NCBI RefSeq assembly: GCF_009914755.1
Contig: NC_060931.1
DNA: 64,000 nt
From: the human T2T-CHM13v2.0 reference genome, Homo sapiens
Reading direction: 5' to 3' (one strand)
The notes under the pieces were generated by a model. The model worked only from the letters and a program-made list of their open reading frames with translations. It ran no database searches and was not told where the DNA came from. Shown here piece by piece: positions 19,011-37,092 of this stretch. The translations under genes were made by a program, and so were the position numbers. Each line of letters starts with the position of its first letter. Position 1 is the stretch's first letter.

Positions 19011-20559
19011 GACAAAACAGATGCTTTTTCTTTTTGTGGTTCAGTTTGCAAAAATTTTATGACCTGTGTTCAAATTTCACTGATCTTTTTTTCTGTGGTG
19101 CCCAATATGATGTTAAGGGTACACAATGAATTTTTCATTTCATATATTGTATTTCCCATGTCTTCACCTATTCCTTCTTTCTTTCCTTGTAAATTCCTAA
19201 CTATATTTATAGTAGTTGTTTTAAAGTCATAAGTCTGCTAATTCCTCTGTCTAGGTCATCTTGTGGGTCTCCTATTGATGATTTCTTTCTCTTATGTATC
19301 AGATTTTTTTTGCATCTTCCCATGTCTCAATATTTTACCGTAAGGCAAAAATTGTGTATAAATGATAGTGGATACTGCTGTATAATATTTTGTGTTTTGT
19401 TTTCACAGAACTTTCAAATCCTTCCTTCCATTCAGGTTTATGGGATAATGGGTTGTTTGTCCAGTGCCAACTAAGATGTGAAGACTGGAATTGGGCTACA
19501 GTATTAACCCCAGCTTCCTGCATTGTTGCCACTAAGTGGTTCATCCCTTTGATACTGTCAGAATTTAACTGGAAGGAGATTAGTTGCCACATGAGTTGGT
19601 TTGGATGACTTTTGGATTCAACTACAATTAGGCTTTAGAATCAGAACACTCAAGACTGCACAAACTTTCTCTAGTTTCTAGCCTCATGCCCACTGATACT
19701 TCAGGATACCCCTTTGTCACTTTTGCAGCAAATTCTTAGAGTGGAGAGGGAATTGTTGGACTAAATAATTTATGTTTGCATTAGAGCTCTTCCAAATTCC
19801 AATTCGTCTTGCCAGCCCATGCTATTATTAAGTATTCAATGGATTTTTTTTTTTGTTCTTTGAAAAATTTCTCTATCTATAGCTAGGCCACTTCTCTACT
19901 CACCTATGCCCAGAGTAGACATTGGCCTCTATATATAAAAATGTCCACAACTCTTTACTCATATGTAAAGGGCTTGCTATACTCTGCTGTTTAGTTTATT
20001 ATGCCTATTTGTATCTACTTCTCGATGGCTTTGGGGATAAGTGTGAGAGTTTTTTTGTTTTATCTGTTTTTTTTTTTTCTTGTTACTCTGGAAGCAGTAG
20101 TTTCCACATTTTATTATATTTTTATTAGGTGGGATGTTCTGTAAATGTCTACTAGGTCTAGATGGTTTGTATTGCTGTTGAAGTCATCTTCTCCTTTTGT
20201 AAAAAATTTTCTGCCTAGTTGTCCTATCCATTATTGAAAGTGGGGCACTGAGGTTTCCATACATTATTGTTGGATGATCTGTCTCATCCTTCAATCCGAT
20301 TTTCTTCTTTTAACTCATGTTATATGCCATCTACTGCCTCCATTGTTTCCGATTAGTCAGGTATTAATCTTATTGGGGTTCTTTGGTAAGTAATTATTTT
20401 TTTCTTGTCACTTTCAGATGGTTCTCTTTATCTTCAGATCTCAGTATTTGTGGTTTTTTTCAATAAATACATAAATTAATTATCTTTTATTTTAAATTCT
20501 GCTGTGGGGGAAAGTAAAGGATTAATTTACTCTTACCTCTTATTTTCCCCTACAGCATA

Positions 20560-23500
20560 ATTGACAAATAAAAATTATATGTGTTTGTAGTATACAATTT
20601 GATGGTTGTACATATAAAAACTTATTGTGAAATGATTACCTCCAGTTTTAGATGGAGGATGGATACCTCCAGTTTTGTCCTTGCTCAAGATTGCTTTGAC
20701 TGTTCAGGGTGTTTTGTGGTTTCATGCAAATACTAGGATTTTTTTTCTGTTTCTATAAAAAATGCTATAAAACTTTGAAAGCATTGAATCTGTAGATTGT
20801 TTTGAATAGTATAGACATTTTAACATTATCATTTCTTCCAATTCATGAATATCTTTTCATTTATTTGTGTCTTCACAAATTTCTTTCATCAATGTTTTAC
20901 TCAATGGTTTACATCAATGTTTATAGTGTTTAATGTACAGGTCTTTCACATCCTTGGTTAAATTCATTCCTAAGTATTTTATTTTGATCTATTGTAAATG
21001 GGATTCTTTTCTGAATTTCTTTTTTGGATAGTTTGTTTCTCTACAGAAATGATACTTATTTTTGTATATTTAATTTGTATCCTACAGCTTTGCTAAATTC
21101 ATTCATTCTGTTTTTTTGGTGGAGTTTTTAGGGTTTTCTACATATAACATCATGTTATCTGCAAAGAGACAATTTTAATTCTTCCTTTTCAATTTGGATG
21201 CCTTTTCTTTTTCTTGCCTGATTGCTCTGGCTAGGACTTCCAGTACTTAATAGAAGTGGCAAGAATGAGCATCCTTGTCTTATTTTTTATTTTAGAGAAG
21301 TTTTCACCAGTGAGTATGATATTAGCAATGGGCTTGTCTTATGTGGCCTTTATTGTGTTGAGGTATATTCCTTCTATACCTAATTTGTTGAGAATTTTTA
21401 TTATTACAGGATATTGAATTTTGTCAATGGCTTTTTTTCTGCATCTATTGAGATGATCATATGATCTTTGCCTTTCATTCTGTTAATGTGGTATATCACA
21501 TTTATTGATTTGCCTATGTTGAACCATCCTTGCATTCCAGGGATAAAACCCACTTGATCATGGCATATAATCTTTTTAATGTGCTGTTGGATTCAACTTG
21601 CTATTATTTTGTTGAGGAGTTTTGCATTTATGTTCATCAGGGATATTGGCCTGCAGTTTTCTTTTCTGTTAGTGTCCTTATATGGCTTTGGTATCAGGGT
21701 AATACTGGCCTTGTTTCCATTTTTAAGAAGAGTTTTGAAAGGACTGGTTAATTTTTCTTTAAATGTTTGGAAGAATTCAGTCATGAAGCCATCAGGTCCT
21801 GGGCTTTTTTTTTTTTTTTTTTTTTTTTTGATGTGAGACATTTCATTAGTTATTCAGTATCTTTATTTATTATTTGTCTTTTCAGATTTTCTCTTCATGA
21901 TTCATGGTTGATAGGTTATATATTCATAGTAGTTTATTTTTTTCTAGGTTGTCCAATTTGTTGACATTTAACTGTTTATAGTTGTCTCTTATGATCCTTT
22001 GTTTTTCTGTGGTATCAATTGTAATGTCTTCTATTTATAACTTTGAATTTTTCTTTTTTTTGGTTAATTTAGCTAAAGTTTATCAATTTTTTTATATTTT
22101 TTAAACTATTTCTTTGATATTTTTTGTCATTTTTCTAGTGTCTATTTCATTTATTTCTCCTTTGATTTTTATTATTTCTTTCATTCTGCTAACTGTGGGC
22201 TTAGTTTGCTCTTCTTTTTCTAGTTCTTTGCACTGTAAAGTTAGGTTGTTTATTTGACATGTTTTTTATTCATGTAGGTGCTATCACTATAAACTCTCTT
22301 ACTAAAACTGCTTTTGTTACATCCCCTACATTTTAGTATGTTGTATTTTCATTTTAATTTGTTTCAAGATTTAAAAAATTTCCTTTTTGATTTATTATTT
22401 GACCCATTGTTTAGGAGTGTGTTATTTAATTTCCACGTATTTGTAGAATTTCATTTTTCTTGTATTATTGGTTTCTAGCTTCACATCATTGTGGTTGGAA
22501 AAGATGCTTGCTATGATTTCAGTCTTCCTAAATTTGTGAAGACTTGTTTTGTGGCCTACGATATGATCTATCCTGGAGTATGTTCCTTGTGAGCTTGAAA
22601 AGAATGTGTATTCTGCTGCTGTTGAATAGATATTCTGTATATGTCTATCATGCCCATTTGGTTTATACTTGTTATTCAAGTATACTGTTTCATTATTGGT
22701 TTTTTGTCTGGACGATCTATCCATTGTTGAATGTGGGATATTGAAGTACCCTACTATTATTATATTGCTATCTATTTCTCCCTATAATTCTGTTTATATT
22801 TGTTTTATATATTTAGGTGTTCCAACGTTGGGTGCAAATATATTTATAATTATTACATCCTTTTGACGAATGTTTCTGTTTATCATTATGTAGTGACTTT
22901 CTTTGTCTCGCGTGACAATTTTTGACTTAAAATCTATCTTGTCTGATATAGGTATAACCACCACTGCTGCTCTTATTTGGTTACCACTTTGCATGGAATA
23001 TGTTTTTCCATTCCTTTACTTTCAATCTGTATGTGTCCTTAAAGCTAAAGTGAGTCTCTTGTAGGCAGCATATTGTTGGGTCGCTTTTGCTTTTTGTTTT
23101 TAAATCTAGGAAGCCATTATATTTTTGATTGGAGTCCATTTATATTTAAAGTAATCACTGATAGATAAGGACTTACTATTGCTGTTTTATTAATTATTTG
23201 CTATTTTGTAGTTCCTTCATTCCTTTCTTTCTTACTATCTTCCTTTATCATTTGATAATTTTTTGTAGTGGCATGAGATGTGATTTAATTACTTTCTCTT
23301 TGTCTTTTGTGTATCTGCTACAGGTATTTTCTCTGTGGTTCCTTTGAGGCTTATATAAGATATTTTATAGTTTTATCAGTGTATTTTAATCTGATAATGA
23401 CTTCAGTTCAACCACATTCAAGAACTCTACACTTTAAAATTTCCTTCCCCCCATTTTGTTACTGATGTCGCAGTTTACATCTTTTATATATTGTGTTTCA

Positions 23501-25510
23501 TTATGTATTCATTAATATATTATTGAAACTATAGTTATTTGTAATACTTTTGTTTCTAAATGTATATACTAGAGTTAAAAGTGACTTACATACCACCATT
23601 ACAGTATTAGAATATTCTGAATTTGACTATATTCTTACTTTTACAGTGAGTTTTATACTTTCATATGTTCTCACGTCATTATTTTAGCATCCTTTCATCT
23701 CAACTTGAAGAGCTACATTTAGTATTTCTTATACTGCAGGTCTAGGTTGATGAACAACCCCAGCTTTTGTTTGTCTGGCAAAGTCTTAATCTCTCCTTCA
23801 TTTGTAAAGGACAGCTTTGCTGGGTATAGTCTTTTTGGTTGAAGGGGCTTTTCCTCCCTTTAGCACTTTGAATATATTATCCCACTCTCTCGGCCTGCAA
23901 GGCTTCTGTTGAGAAGTCTGCTGTTAATCTTATGGTGGCTCCTTTGTATGTGATGAGTTGCTTTTCTGTTGCTTTCCAAGTTTTGTTTTTCACTTGACAA
24001 TTTGACTATAATTTGTCTTGGTGAAGATCTCTTTATATTTCATCTATTTGAGGTTCTTTGAGCTTCATGGATCTTGATGTTCATATACCTCTCCAGATTT
24101 GGGAGTTTTCTGTCATTATTTATTTAAAGTCTTCTTATCTTAAATTATTATATATACATACTAGTTGTACATATTTATGGGGTATATGTGATATTTTGAT
24201 ATAAGCATACAATGTAGAATGATTAAGTCAGAATAATTGGGGTATCCATCACCTCAAGCATTTATCATTTCTTTGTTTAAGGAACATTCCAATTCTACTC
24301 TTTTAGTTACTTTGAAACATACAATAAATTATTGTTAACTATTGTCACTCTACTGTGCTACCAAACATTAGATCTTATTCATTCTATTTAACTGTGTTTT
24401 TATGCCCATAAAATGATTTATAAACCATTCCCTGCTTATCCCCCTCTTTCCCACTACCCTTCCCAGCCTCCATTGGATACCCCAATTATTCTGATTGTAG
24501 ATCTCCATTTCTTTAGGGTCATTACTAGTGCTTAATTTTGTCCCTTTGGTGGTGTCATGTGCCCCTGATTATTTGTGATTCTTGTGGCCTGAGTTAGTGT
24601 TTGCACATTTGAAGAAGTAGGCATCTCTTTGAGTCTTTACAGACTGGCTTCAGCAGGTAAAGCACTTTAACATTCAGCCCACCAAGAGATTCTGGGCAGA
24701 TCTTATAGCGGGGTCTGTGGGTGGGCTTGCTGCTGGAGCCCTTAGTAGAGCTTTCATGATGCCTGGACCAGTGGGTGGGTGAGCCTGGTACCTCAGTCCA
24801 CTGAGGCACACCTACGTATTAGATCTGCATGGGCAGGCCTGGTGCCTGAGTTTGCAGGAGGAGGTCTGGAGCCAGGGTCTATGTGTACAGGCCTGGATCC
24901 TGGGTCTGCAAGGGCAGGCCTGTTGCCTGTGTGGGGGCTGGCTTGAGACCTGGTTCCACTGGGGCCCAGCCTGGCATTGAGGTAGGCTTTGAGCCTGAGA
25001 CTGTGGGTGTCAGCAAGTAGAGAGTGGGGTTGAAGCCTGGGTCCAGTGAGTCTGATCTGGAGTGTGGGGTCATGGGGGTTGGTCTGGCGCTAGGGAAAGT
25101 GCTCACCTGCAGTGCAGGGTCATGGGCTCCAGCCTATCACGAGGGTAGGCCTGGAGCTGGGACCATAGGGACTGGTCTGCCACCAGTGCTCACTGGGATG
25201 GTCCTGGTGCTAGGGTCTGCAGCAAATATGGGTGCTCATTTCCCTGTTTTTCCTCCACATCAAGGGTATCTCTTTCTAGACTGCACTGCCTGTGCTTGGG
25301 GAAGGCTGTCATGGGTAATGTAACACTGTCCTGCCCTGTTCAGTGTATCTTTTCTTAGATCTGTGCTCCACGCAGGTACTCTAATCCTTCATCTGAATTC
25401 CTAGCTGTTGTGAAGTTATTTTTATGCATGGATAGTTATTACAAATTGATGTTTCTGTGAGGGAACAAGTACTGGAAACCCCTATCCCTCCATCTTGTTG
25501 CTGTCAATCT
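20560..25510 (-). mobile_element. L1MA/L1M element (3' end, internally deleted ORF2, EN region, GC-rich 5' region) with a younger L1MA 3' fragment at ~24120-24470
   Basis: ORF-track fragments [18 protein letters not shown]...[18 protein letters not shown] (RT) and YTFFSSSQGTYSRIDHIVGHK (endonuclease). Confidence 0.85.
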
Positions 25511-25789
25511 AGGTCTCCAACATTTGTGTTTATTTTACTTAAAGTTTACTGAGCTTCTTGGATGTATTGATTAATGTTTTTCACCAAACTTGGGAAGTTT
25601 TCAGCCATTATTTCTCCTCCTTTCTCTCTCTCCTCTCCTTCTCATGCATATGTTGATGTGATTAATGATGTCTCACATTTCCACGAGGCTCTGTTTATTT
25701 TTCTTCATTTTTTTTTCTCTCTGTTCTTCAGTCTACATAATCTTTATAAATATAACTACAAAATTGTTGACTCTTTCTTTTGCCTGCTG

Positions 25790-26005
25790 AGAGCTAATGT
25801 GTCCTCACACTCCAAAGAGAGAGCAAGCAAGCTCTTTAGTGTCTCTTCTTGTAAGAGCGCTAATTCTATCATGAAAGTTCCACCCTTGTGACCTCATCTA
25901 AACCTAATTACTTCTGAAAGATTCCATCTGTAAATACCATCGCGCTGGGGGTTAGGGCTTCAACATATGAATATTGCGGGGACACAGACATTCAATCCAT
26001 AATAG
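25790..26005. mobile_element. MaLR LTR fragment (MLT1A/MST-like)
   Basis: gacctcatctaaacctaattac...gggttagggcttcaacatatgaat...gacacagacattcaatccataa. Confidence 0.7.
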
Positions 26006-26624
26006 CAAGTTTCAGTGGATTTCAGAAGCCCCTAAGGCAGAAAAGCAAAAGCACCTTATTTTTTGTCCACTTGACCTGTGTCTTATGTTGGACTGAAATG
26101 TAGGTCTCCTAATTTTAGTGTAGTTTTGTATATTTCTCCCTATATATCTTTAACTTTCTGATATATAAAGGTAGGTGCTGTGTTATTTGTGTCATATATA
26201 TTCATAACTGATATGTGATCTTTGTGAATTGTGGCTCTTGGTATTATCAAATATTTTGTTGTCTCACTTTTTGTCCAAATTCAACATTTTCTGGTATCAT
26301 TAGCACAGTCTCTGTTTTCTTACTATTTTGTTTGTCTGCCCTATACTTTTACATCTCTTGACTTTTACCAGCCATTCTGAATCACTTTGGTTTAGGTATA
26401 TCTCCTAAATGCAGCATAGAGTTGGGTTTTGCTTTGTGGGTCAACCTGCAGGTCTTTTCCTTGTAATACATGGGTTTCTATTTACATGTATTGAAATGAG
26501 TGACAGGTTTGGTTCAATAGCTATTTTAATGTTATATTTACTTTGTTTTGTTTTACTTAATATGTCTCTTTAGTCTGTTTTCGTTGCTCTTTAAACATTT
26601 TGTTTTGATGTTTAGAAACATTTG

Positions 26625-26868
26625 AACATGTGTTCTTGCAGTCACCTTCCAGTCTTCACATGTCATTCTCACTGTGTGCATGTCTGTGTCCAGGTTTCCC
26701 CAAAGGACATTAGTCATATTGGATTAGGGACCACTCTAGCCCAGTATGGTCTCGTCTCAACTAACTATATCTGCATGACCTTATTTCCAAGTAAGGTCAC
26801 ATCCTGAGGTGCTGCAGGTTGGGACTTCAGCATATGAATGTTGGGGGGACACCATTCAACACGTAACT
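26625..26868. mobile_element. MLT1-type LTR fragment
   Basis: aaggacattagtcatattggattaggg...ccttatttccaagtaaggtcacatcctgagg. Confidence 0.7.
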
Positions 26869-28021
26869 GCCTCCATCTTTATATCCATCATGGTTGCCTC
26901 AAACCCTGTCTTTTGATTCCTTAAGCTTCTAAGGCTGTGGGTTTCTACCCAAGATTTAGTAAACTCTCTGAGGAGAACTGTGGGCTGCCTGCGCTCAGGC
27001 TAAAAGCCATTAACATGGAAAGTTTACACAGTGCTATTCTTATCTTCTGCCAAGTGCCAATCCTCTCTCCCTTTCTGCTTCCTTTTGGTTGTTCTCCAGG
27101 GCCATCAAGTAGTTCGTTTTTATATTTGGAATGGAATGATGGTCATTATTTGCAAGAGAATTGGCCCAAAGCAGCTCTTCCACTATTACTGCAAGACTCT
27201 CATTTTATTTCTTCCTGGGGTTTTGTTTGCTGTTTTTTTTTTGTTTTGTTTTGTCTGTTCCTGTTCTGGGTTTTTTAATGTATCATTCTAGGTGTTTCTT
27301 TCAGATCTGCAAATGGTAAAAAATGTTACATTCAGGTTGGTAGCGTCCATCAGTTTCTTCTTCATTTTGTGAAAGGGAATTTTTATTAGTTGAGGTGTTT
27401 GATTTTTATTTTACATTCCCTTTATACAGAGACTTCATTTGGATGTTGTCTACCCTTTCCCATTCATCTGGAAATGTCCCATCTTTTTCCTGGACCAGCA
27501 ATATCTGGCAAGGGTAAAGATTTTAGTTGGCAGACTATATTTCACAGTTCAAGGGCACCCTCTGCTGTTGACTTAAGAGAATTGCAGTTTCATTAATGTT
27601 ACAGTTTTGGTGGGGTATTTTTTTTTTTAATTTTGTTCTAGTGGAACTTTTAATTTTCAAAAATATATTTATCTTCCTCAGATGTGAATCATGTTTTTTG
27701 TTTCTTGATCTCTGCGGTTTTTTCAAGTACGCGTATTCATTTTGTGAAAATTCAATGAGCTCTACACTTTATATGTGCGTATTATATTTCAATAAAAAGC
27801 TAAAAATAAACTTGTCAGTAATTAATGCCTAATGAATGAAACACAGAATTATATTTGATAAAATTATCTTCTACCCTCCGACTTTGTTATGCCCTACCTG
27901 TTATTTTTGTACATTTGTTACTCTAAAAATTATATTTTGTACACATGCCCAAAAGGTATGTTTTGTAAGTACACTTAAAGGTATCTTAAAATTACTTGTT
28001 TTTGAATCATTTGATACTTAC

Positions 28022-28086
28022 CACCAGTCTTTTCAAAGTGTTTTTATCATTCATGAATTCTTTATCTTGATTCTTCTTACAGGTAG
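28022..28086 (-). pseudogene. Candidate fossil exon (65 nt)
   Basis: ttgtatttcag|...|gtaagt; open frame TCKKNQDKEFMNDKNTLKRLV, phase 1>0. Confidence 0.5.
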
Positions 28087-28489
28087 CTGAAATACAACAT
28101 CATAATTTTTACTGGAAAATAGCCACAATGAAGGAACACCACAATTTCACCATGAAAACCAGCACAACCTTACACAGATGACAAACATTTCCCCTCAAAA
28201 CTTGTTAAACTGTATTTGGGCTGACCAAATTAACCAGAGTTATTCTATTTATGGGGGAGCAGGAAGTAACTTGATAAAATGCTTTGAGTTTATATATCAT
28301 GTCAAATAAATAGCATAATTTTAAAGGAAAAAAACTTGTTAGGCAATGTTCTCTTATTTTCTGACATCACATATTGTGACAGAATGTAAGGCCAACCTGG
28401 TTTTTACAAATTCCGTGGTCTAATTTTTTTGTTGTTGTTAGTGTATAAAAATAGCATTGACTTAAAATTTTTTAAATTTCTTTTATTTA

Positions 28490-29116
<627 letters not shown>

Positions 29117-30319
29117 TCCTGGTTGTTTTTTTACTCTTCTCTTGACATACTTCTCACACACTGCATTCTGTTGCATAAAAGGAATTACATGGTTTTGAAT
29201 TACAGATAAAGATGGACATTGTCTATGTGGTAAATACGTGGTAGTTTCTGGGTGTCTTTTTATATGCTTCATATGAAAAATGATCGTACGTAAAACTGTC
29301 TCTTTCAGAAGGAACATAATCTGGACCATTCAGATACACCGAAATTCAGCTGTTTTCTACATCATCTGTGTGGGTGTAGCTAAAATATGAGCTTTTAAGC
29401 TTAAAAACAACTTCTGCATGTTATTTGGAAATATTTTTTACTGAATTTCTCAACCACCCCAAAACTTAAAGGGCAAATTTAAAATATGCATTTAATGCCT
29501 TAGTATTTTAGAGTATAGCCTTCAACAAAGTCCTTTGAGCCTCACTGTAAAAAATATTGACTTTTTATTATAAGTCTTGTGTCCCATGTCCTTGCTAATT
29601 CATTATTTCTAATCGTCCATCTGTTGATTCTTTTTAATTTTCTGCTTATACAATTGTATCATTTTTGAATTATGAAACAGATATTTCCTAAATTCCATCT
29701 GCTGTTTCTGTTGGACCCCTGTTCCGTTGCTTTGCTGTGAAATAGCAAGTGCCTTCAAGGAAAAAGGCAGTAAACATGAGGTTGGCCTCACTGGTCTCAG
29801 GTATCACAGTTCCTCAAATCCTGTCTTAGTTACATGCTCTCCAAAAATTTAAAACAGTTTTTTAATGTATATGGTATATCTTTTACAGTTGTTTTCTGTA
29901 GGACATTTATAATCTTGATATAAACTATTCCATCATGGCTGGACCAAAATGCAGCCTGACTTTTTCCTTTGTTTGTAAACTTTATTTTCTGTTTACATGC
30001 TGATAGAATTTATTCTTTGCTCTTAAAATTTAATATTAACCAAGAAACATATAGGGCCTTCCATTATTTGCTTCATGGGCATCCTTTCAATATGCAGTTT
30101 CAGGTCTTTATTCAGTTTTTATTTAATATTCATCAAATATTATTCCATTTATTTTGTTCATAACTCAGTAAAAATAGCCACAATTAAAGAGCAATCCTTT
30201 GTAGTTTCATCAGTAAGACCAACATCTGCCTGCCTTTGCCATCCTTGGTTGAAGGATCTCTCCTCTGGATCAGACCCATTTCTTCCCTTGTGAATTAATC
30301 TATTAATCTCCTTTGTCTT

Positions 30320-31910
<1,591 letters not shown>

Positions 31911-31914
31911 ATCA

Positions 31915-32560
<646 letters not shown>

Positions 32561-32563
32561 TAA

Positions 32564-33940
<1,377 letters not shown>

Positions 33941-34081
33941 TGTTGTACTTTTTAATTTTTGCCAATCTGGTGGGTGTATGATGGTCTCATTTTGTTGTTG
34001 CTTTGATAACTAATGAAGTTGACCACCTTTACATATGTTTTTTGTTTATTTCTTTAGTTAGGGTATTCAGTTTATACTTAC

Positions 34082-34620
34082 TGCCCCAGCATAATTATTA
34101 AAATGGTCCCCCTTTCATTCTCTAACATGTCTTGGTTTGGAGAACACATTGTACGGCACCCTAACCTTAGTGGGGTCCCTCCGCTAACATGGAAATTTCC
34201 TTCTTGCTCTTTAGTGTTTAGGATGATGTGGTCTGGCATCTCTGAGGAAAGAAAAAAAAATGGGATAAATACAGAAGATTGAGTAAAAACCAGATGAGAG
34301 GGAAACCAAACTCATTAACTGGGATTACTCAGTCTGACTCAGGATGACCATTTCCAAAATAATGTGTGATGGAGCTTTCAAATGGGTACAAAGCAGATGA
34401 GTTTGAGCAACATAATCCAGCAGTAAAAGTGAAAGAATTTGTTTACCCATTTCTCAGAAATGACTCAAGGCACGATCATTATTTGAAAGCTGGTCACAGT
34501 GTCTGCTGCAACCACTCACTCCCCTTTCAGTCTGTAACAAATCTCTTAAAAGCTGACATGTGAAACCAATAGTATGTTTCTTACCTTGAGATCATCTTGT
34601 GAAGTTTCTTACTCTATTTT
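34082..34620 (-). pseudogene. Candidate fossil exons (34585-34620 half-exon, 34447-34531, 34082-34241)
   Basis: CAAG|gtaaga; ttacag|TERGVSGCSRHCDQLSNNDRALSHF*EM|gtaaac; tttttctttcctcag|open 52-codon frame MPDHIILNTKEQEGNFHVSGGTPLRLGCRTMCSPNQDMLENERG..|gtaagt; phases chain 0>1>2 (first intron only 53 nt). Confidence 0.45.
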
Positions 34621-36518
34621 TTAAAATGTGTTTGTTAGATTTTATTTTCTAAGTAATATTGATTAAAAATATTTATACACCTACTTTTAAGTCCACAGTT
34701 TAGCACTCTTATTTGTATGGCTTTAAAAGTTATAGCACAGGGTCTTTACATTAAGGACTGGGGGAAAAGATTCCATTCAAAACAAAGCCTGATAATTATA
34801 GACATGTTTTTCTCTGTACTTTATTTTAAATACATTAATTTTTAAACAATGCTCATCTTTTTTTTTATCTGGTGGTAAAATACTAGTGCAACTTTTCATC
34901 AAAAGAAAGTTGACCACAGATGTAAATGAATTTTCCCAATTGAAAATTGCCCTTCAGCTGCCACTAAATAAAATTTCTCAACCTAACTTAAGTGAAAAGA
35001 ACTGGTGGTTGTCATTATAAGTAAAAATATAAAGTATCATAGCATTGTCTACATTGCTCCTTACAATACAAACTTTGAAAGAACCAGAGATGCTTTATAG
35101 GAGTTTAGTCGGTTTTGAAAAGGCACGTGTGTGTGTGTGTTTTAATATTCTAAAAATTTTCCCACCACCACTCTTTGTGTTGCAGAGACAGCATCGGTGA
35201 CTACAGGGCTAGACAAGAACATTTGTTCAGACTAAAGAAAGCCAGAAGCCAAAATTCAGCTGCACAGTAACAATGTACTTTTCATCATGCAGCCTTGTGT
35301 TTCCTATATATTTGATTTTCTACTATGCATTAGAATACATAAACTTGTATTCTAATGATTTAAGTTTGATTTCACAATATGGAAAAAATTTGAGGAAGAA
35401 CATGACCTGGGAAAGAGAAAAGGGAGAACTTTTACCACAATGAACATAGATACATTCGTACCCCACTATATGATAAGAATATAATCCATTTAAGTTACAG
35501 AAAAGATCTCTTCAGTTATGGGAAAGATCCCTCTGCTGTGGCATTAAGTTTGGGGAGGGGAATTGACTTGTTCCAACAGAAACAGAAACAACAGGAAATA
35601 GCTTAACTTTGGTCCACTTGTCTGTTAGCTGAACGACAGTCATACTGCCTATAATCGGTTCAGAAACCCAACAATTATATTTTAAAATATATTCATGTGT
35701 AATTTCATTCTAAAACTGGCATAGCTGTTCTGCCCTCATTCTCTGCCTTTTCAGCTTCAGAATGTGCTGTCAGCACGGTCTCTAATCCTCAGCATCTTCG
35801 TGATCTTCCCTGGCAGCCTCAGCATCTGCTTGGCTAGGCTCTGTCTTCTCTTGGGTCATGATTTCTGGGGTCATGTGGACGAAGCCTGCTTCTGGAAGTT
35901 CACTTTGTACTTCCACTGGCATCTGATTTTCCCGTTCCACATGCGGCTCCTCTCCGTGTACTTCAGTACCTTCTTCAGGCTGAATTCAGCCCACTGCTAG
36001 GTAACTCACTTGGACCTGCTCTGGAAGCTCACTCCTGTGTGTCGGGCACCTGGCTATCCCTGCGTGGTTCTGGGTGGACGTGTTCCACGATCGCTTGTGC
36101 TGAATCCACCTGGACCTGAAACAGTGGGAGCACGTGTACCTCCCAGCTTGTTCTATAATATCATTGATGTCACAGGTTCAGCTTGTACCTGTGTTTCTGC
36201 TGAAAGAACTTCTCCCATTACTAGACGCTTTGATATATTGTATCACTGAGATGCCTCCTTAATTCATTTCCTTGCATAAACCACAAGTCACATAAAGTAC
36301 AATGGTTGGGTTTACCTCTAGTATGTATTACCGAGTGATATTTGAACTGGTTCTAGCTGTTAAACACACTGTTGCAGACCTGGCACTCATGAGCTTCTTT
36401 CTTCCTTTTTTTGCCCCTACTCATTTGGCATGCAGTGAGGTGACATTTGAGGGGGCTATTTCTAGCAAATTGTTCATGACAATTTGGATATTCAAAAGGT
36501 TTTTCACCTGTTCTTTAA

Positions 36519-36885
<367 letters not shown>

Positions 36886-37092
36886 TCTTTGCTTCTTACT
36901 GCCTCCACCTTCTTCAAGGTGGTAACAATTCAGGTGCTGTTTCCATGCGCTCTCCTGAAGATACCTTTTGTTGCATATTTCACAGTTGAAACTCAGTGAA
37001 GTGTGATTTCATGTGTTCCTGTTTGCTTGTGGGGTCAGATTGCACAGCTGTCTTCCTCTTTAATCTGCCCTTTTCTGTCACCTTGGTGGTAC

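Noticed and set aside
34847-34866. T-run and caatgctcat as an alternative poly(A)/TSD for the ZNF131 copy
   Set aside because: No adjacent poly(A) signal; the 34607-34620 / 39447-39460 pair with AATAAA at 34641 fits better
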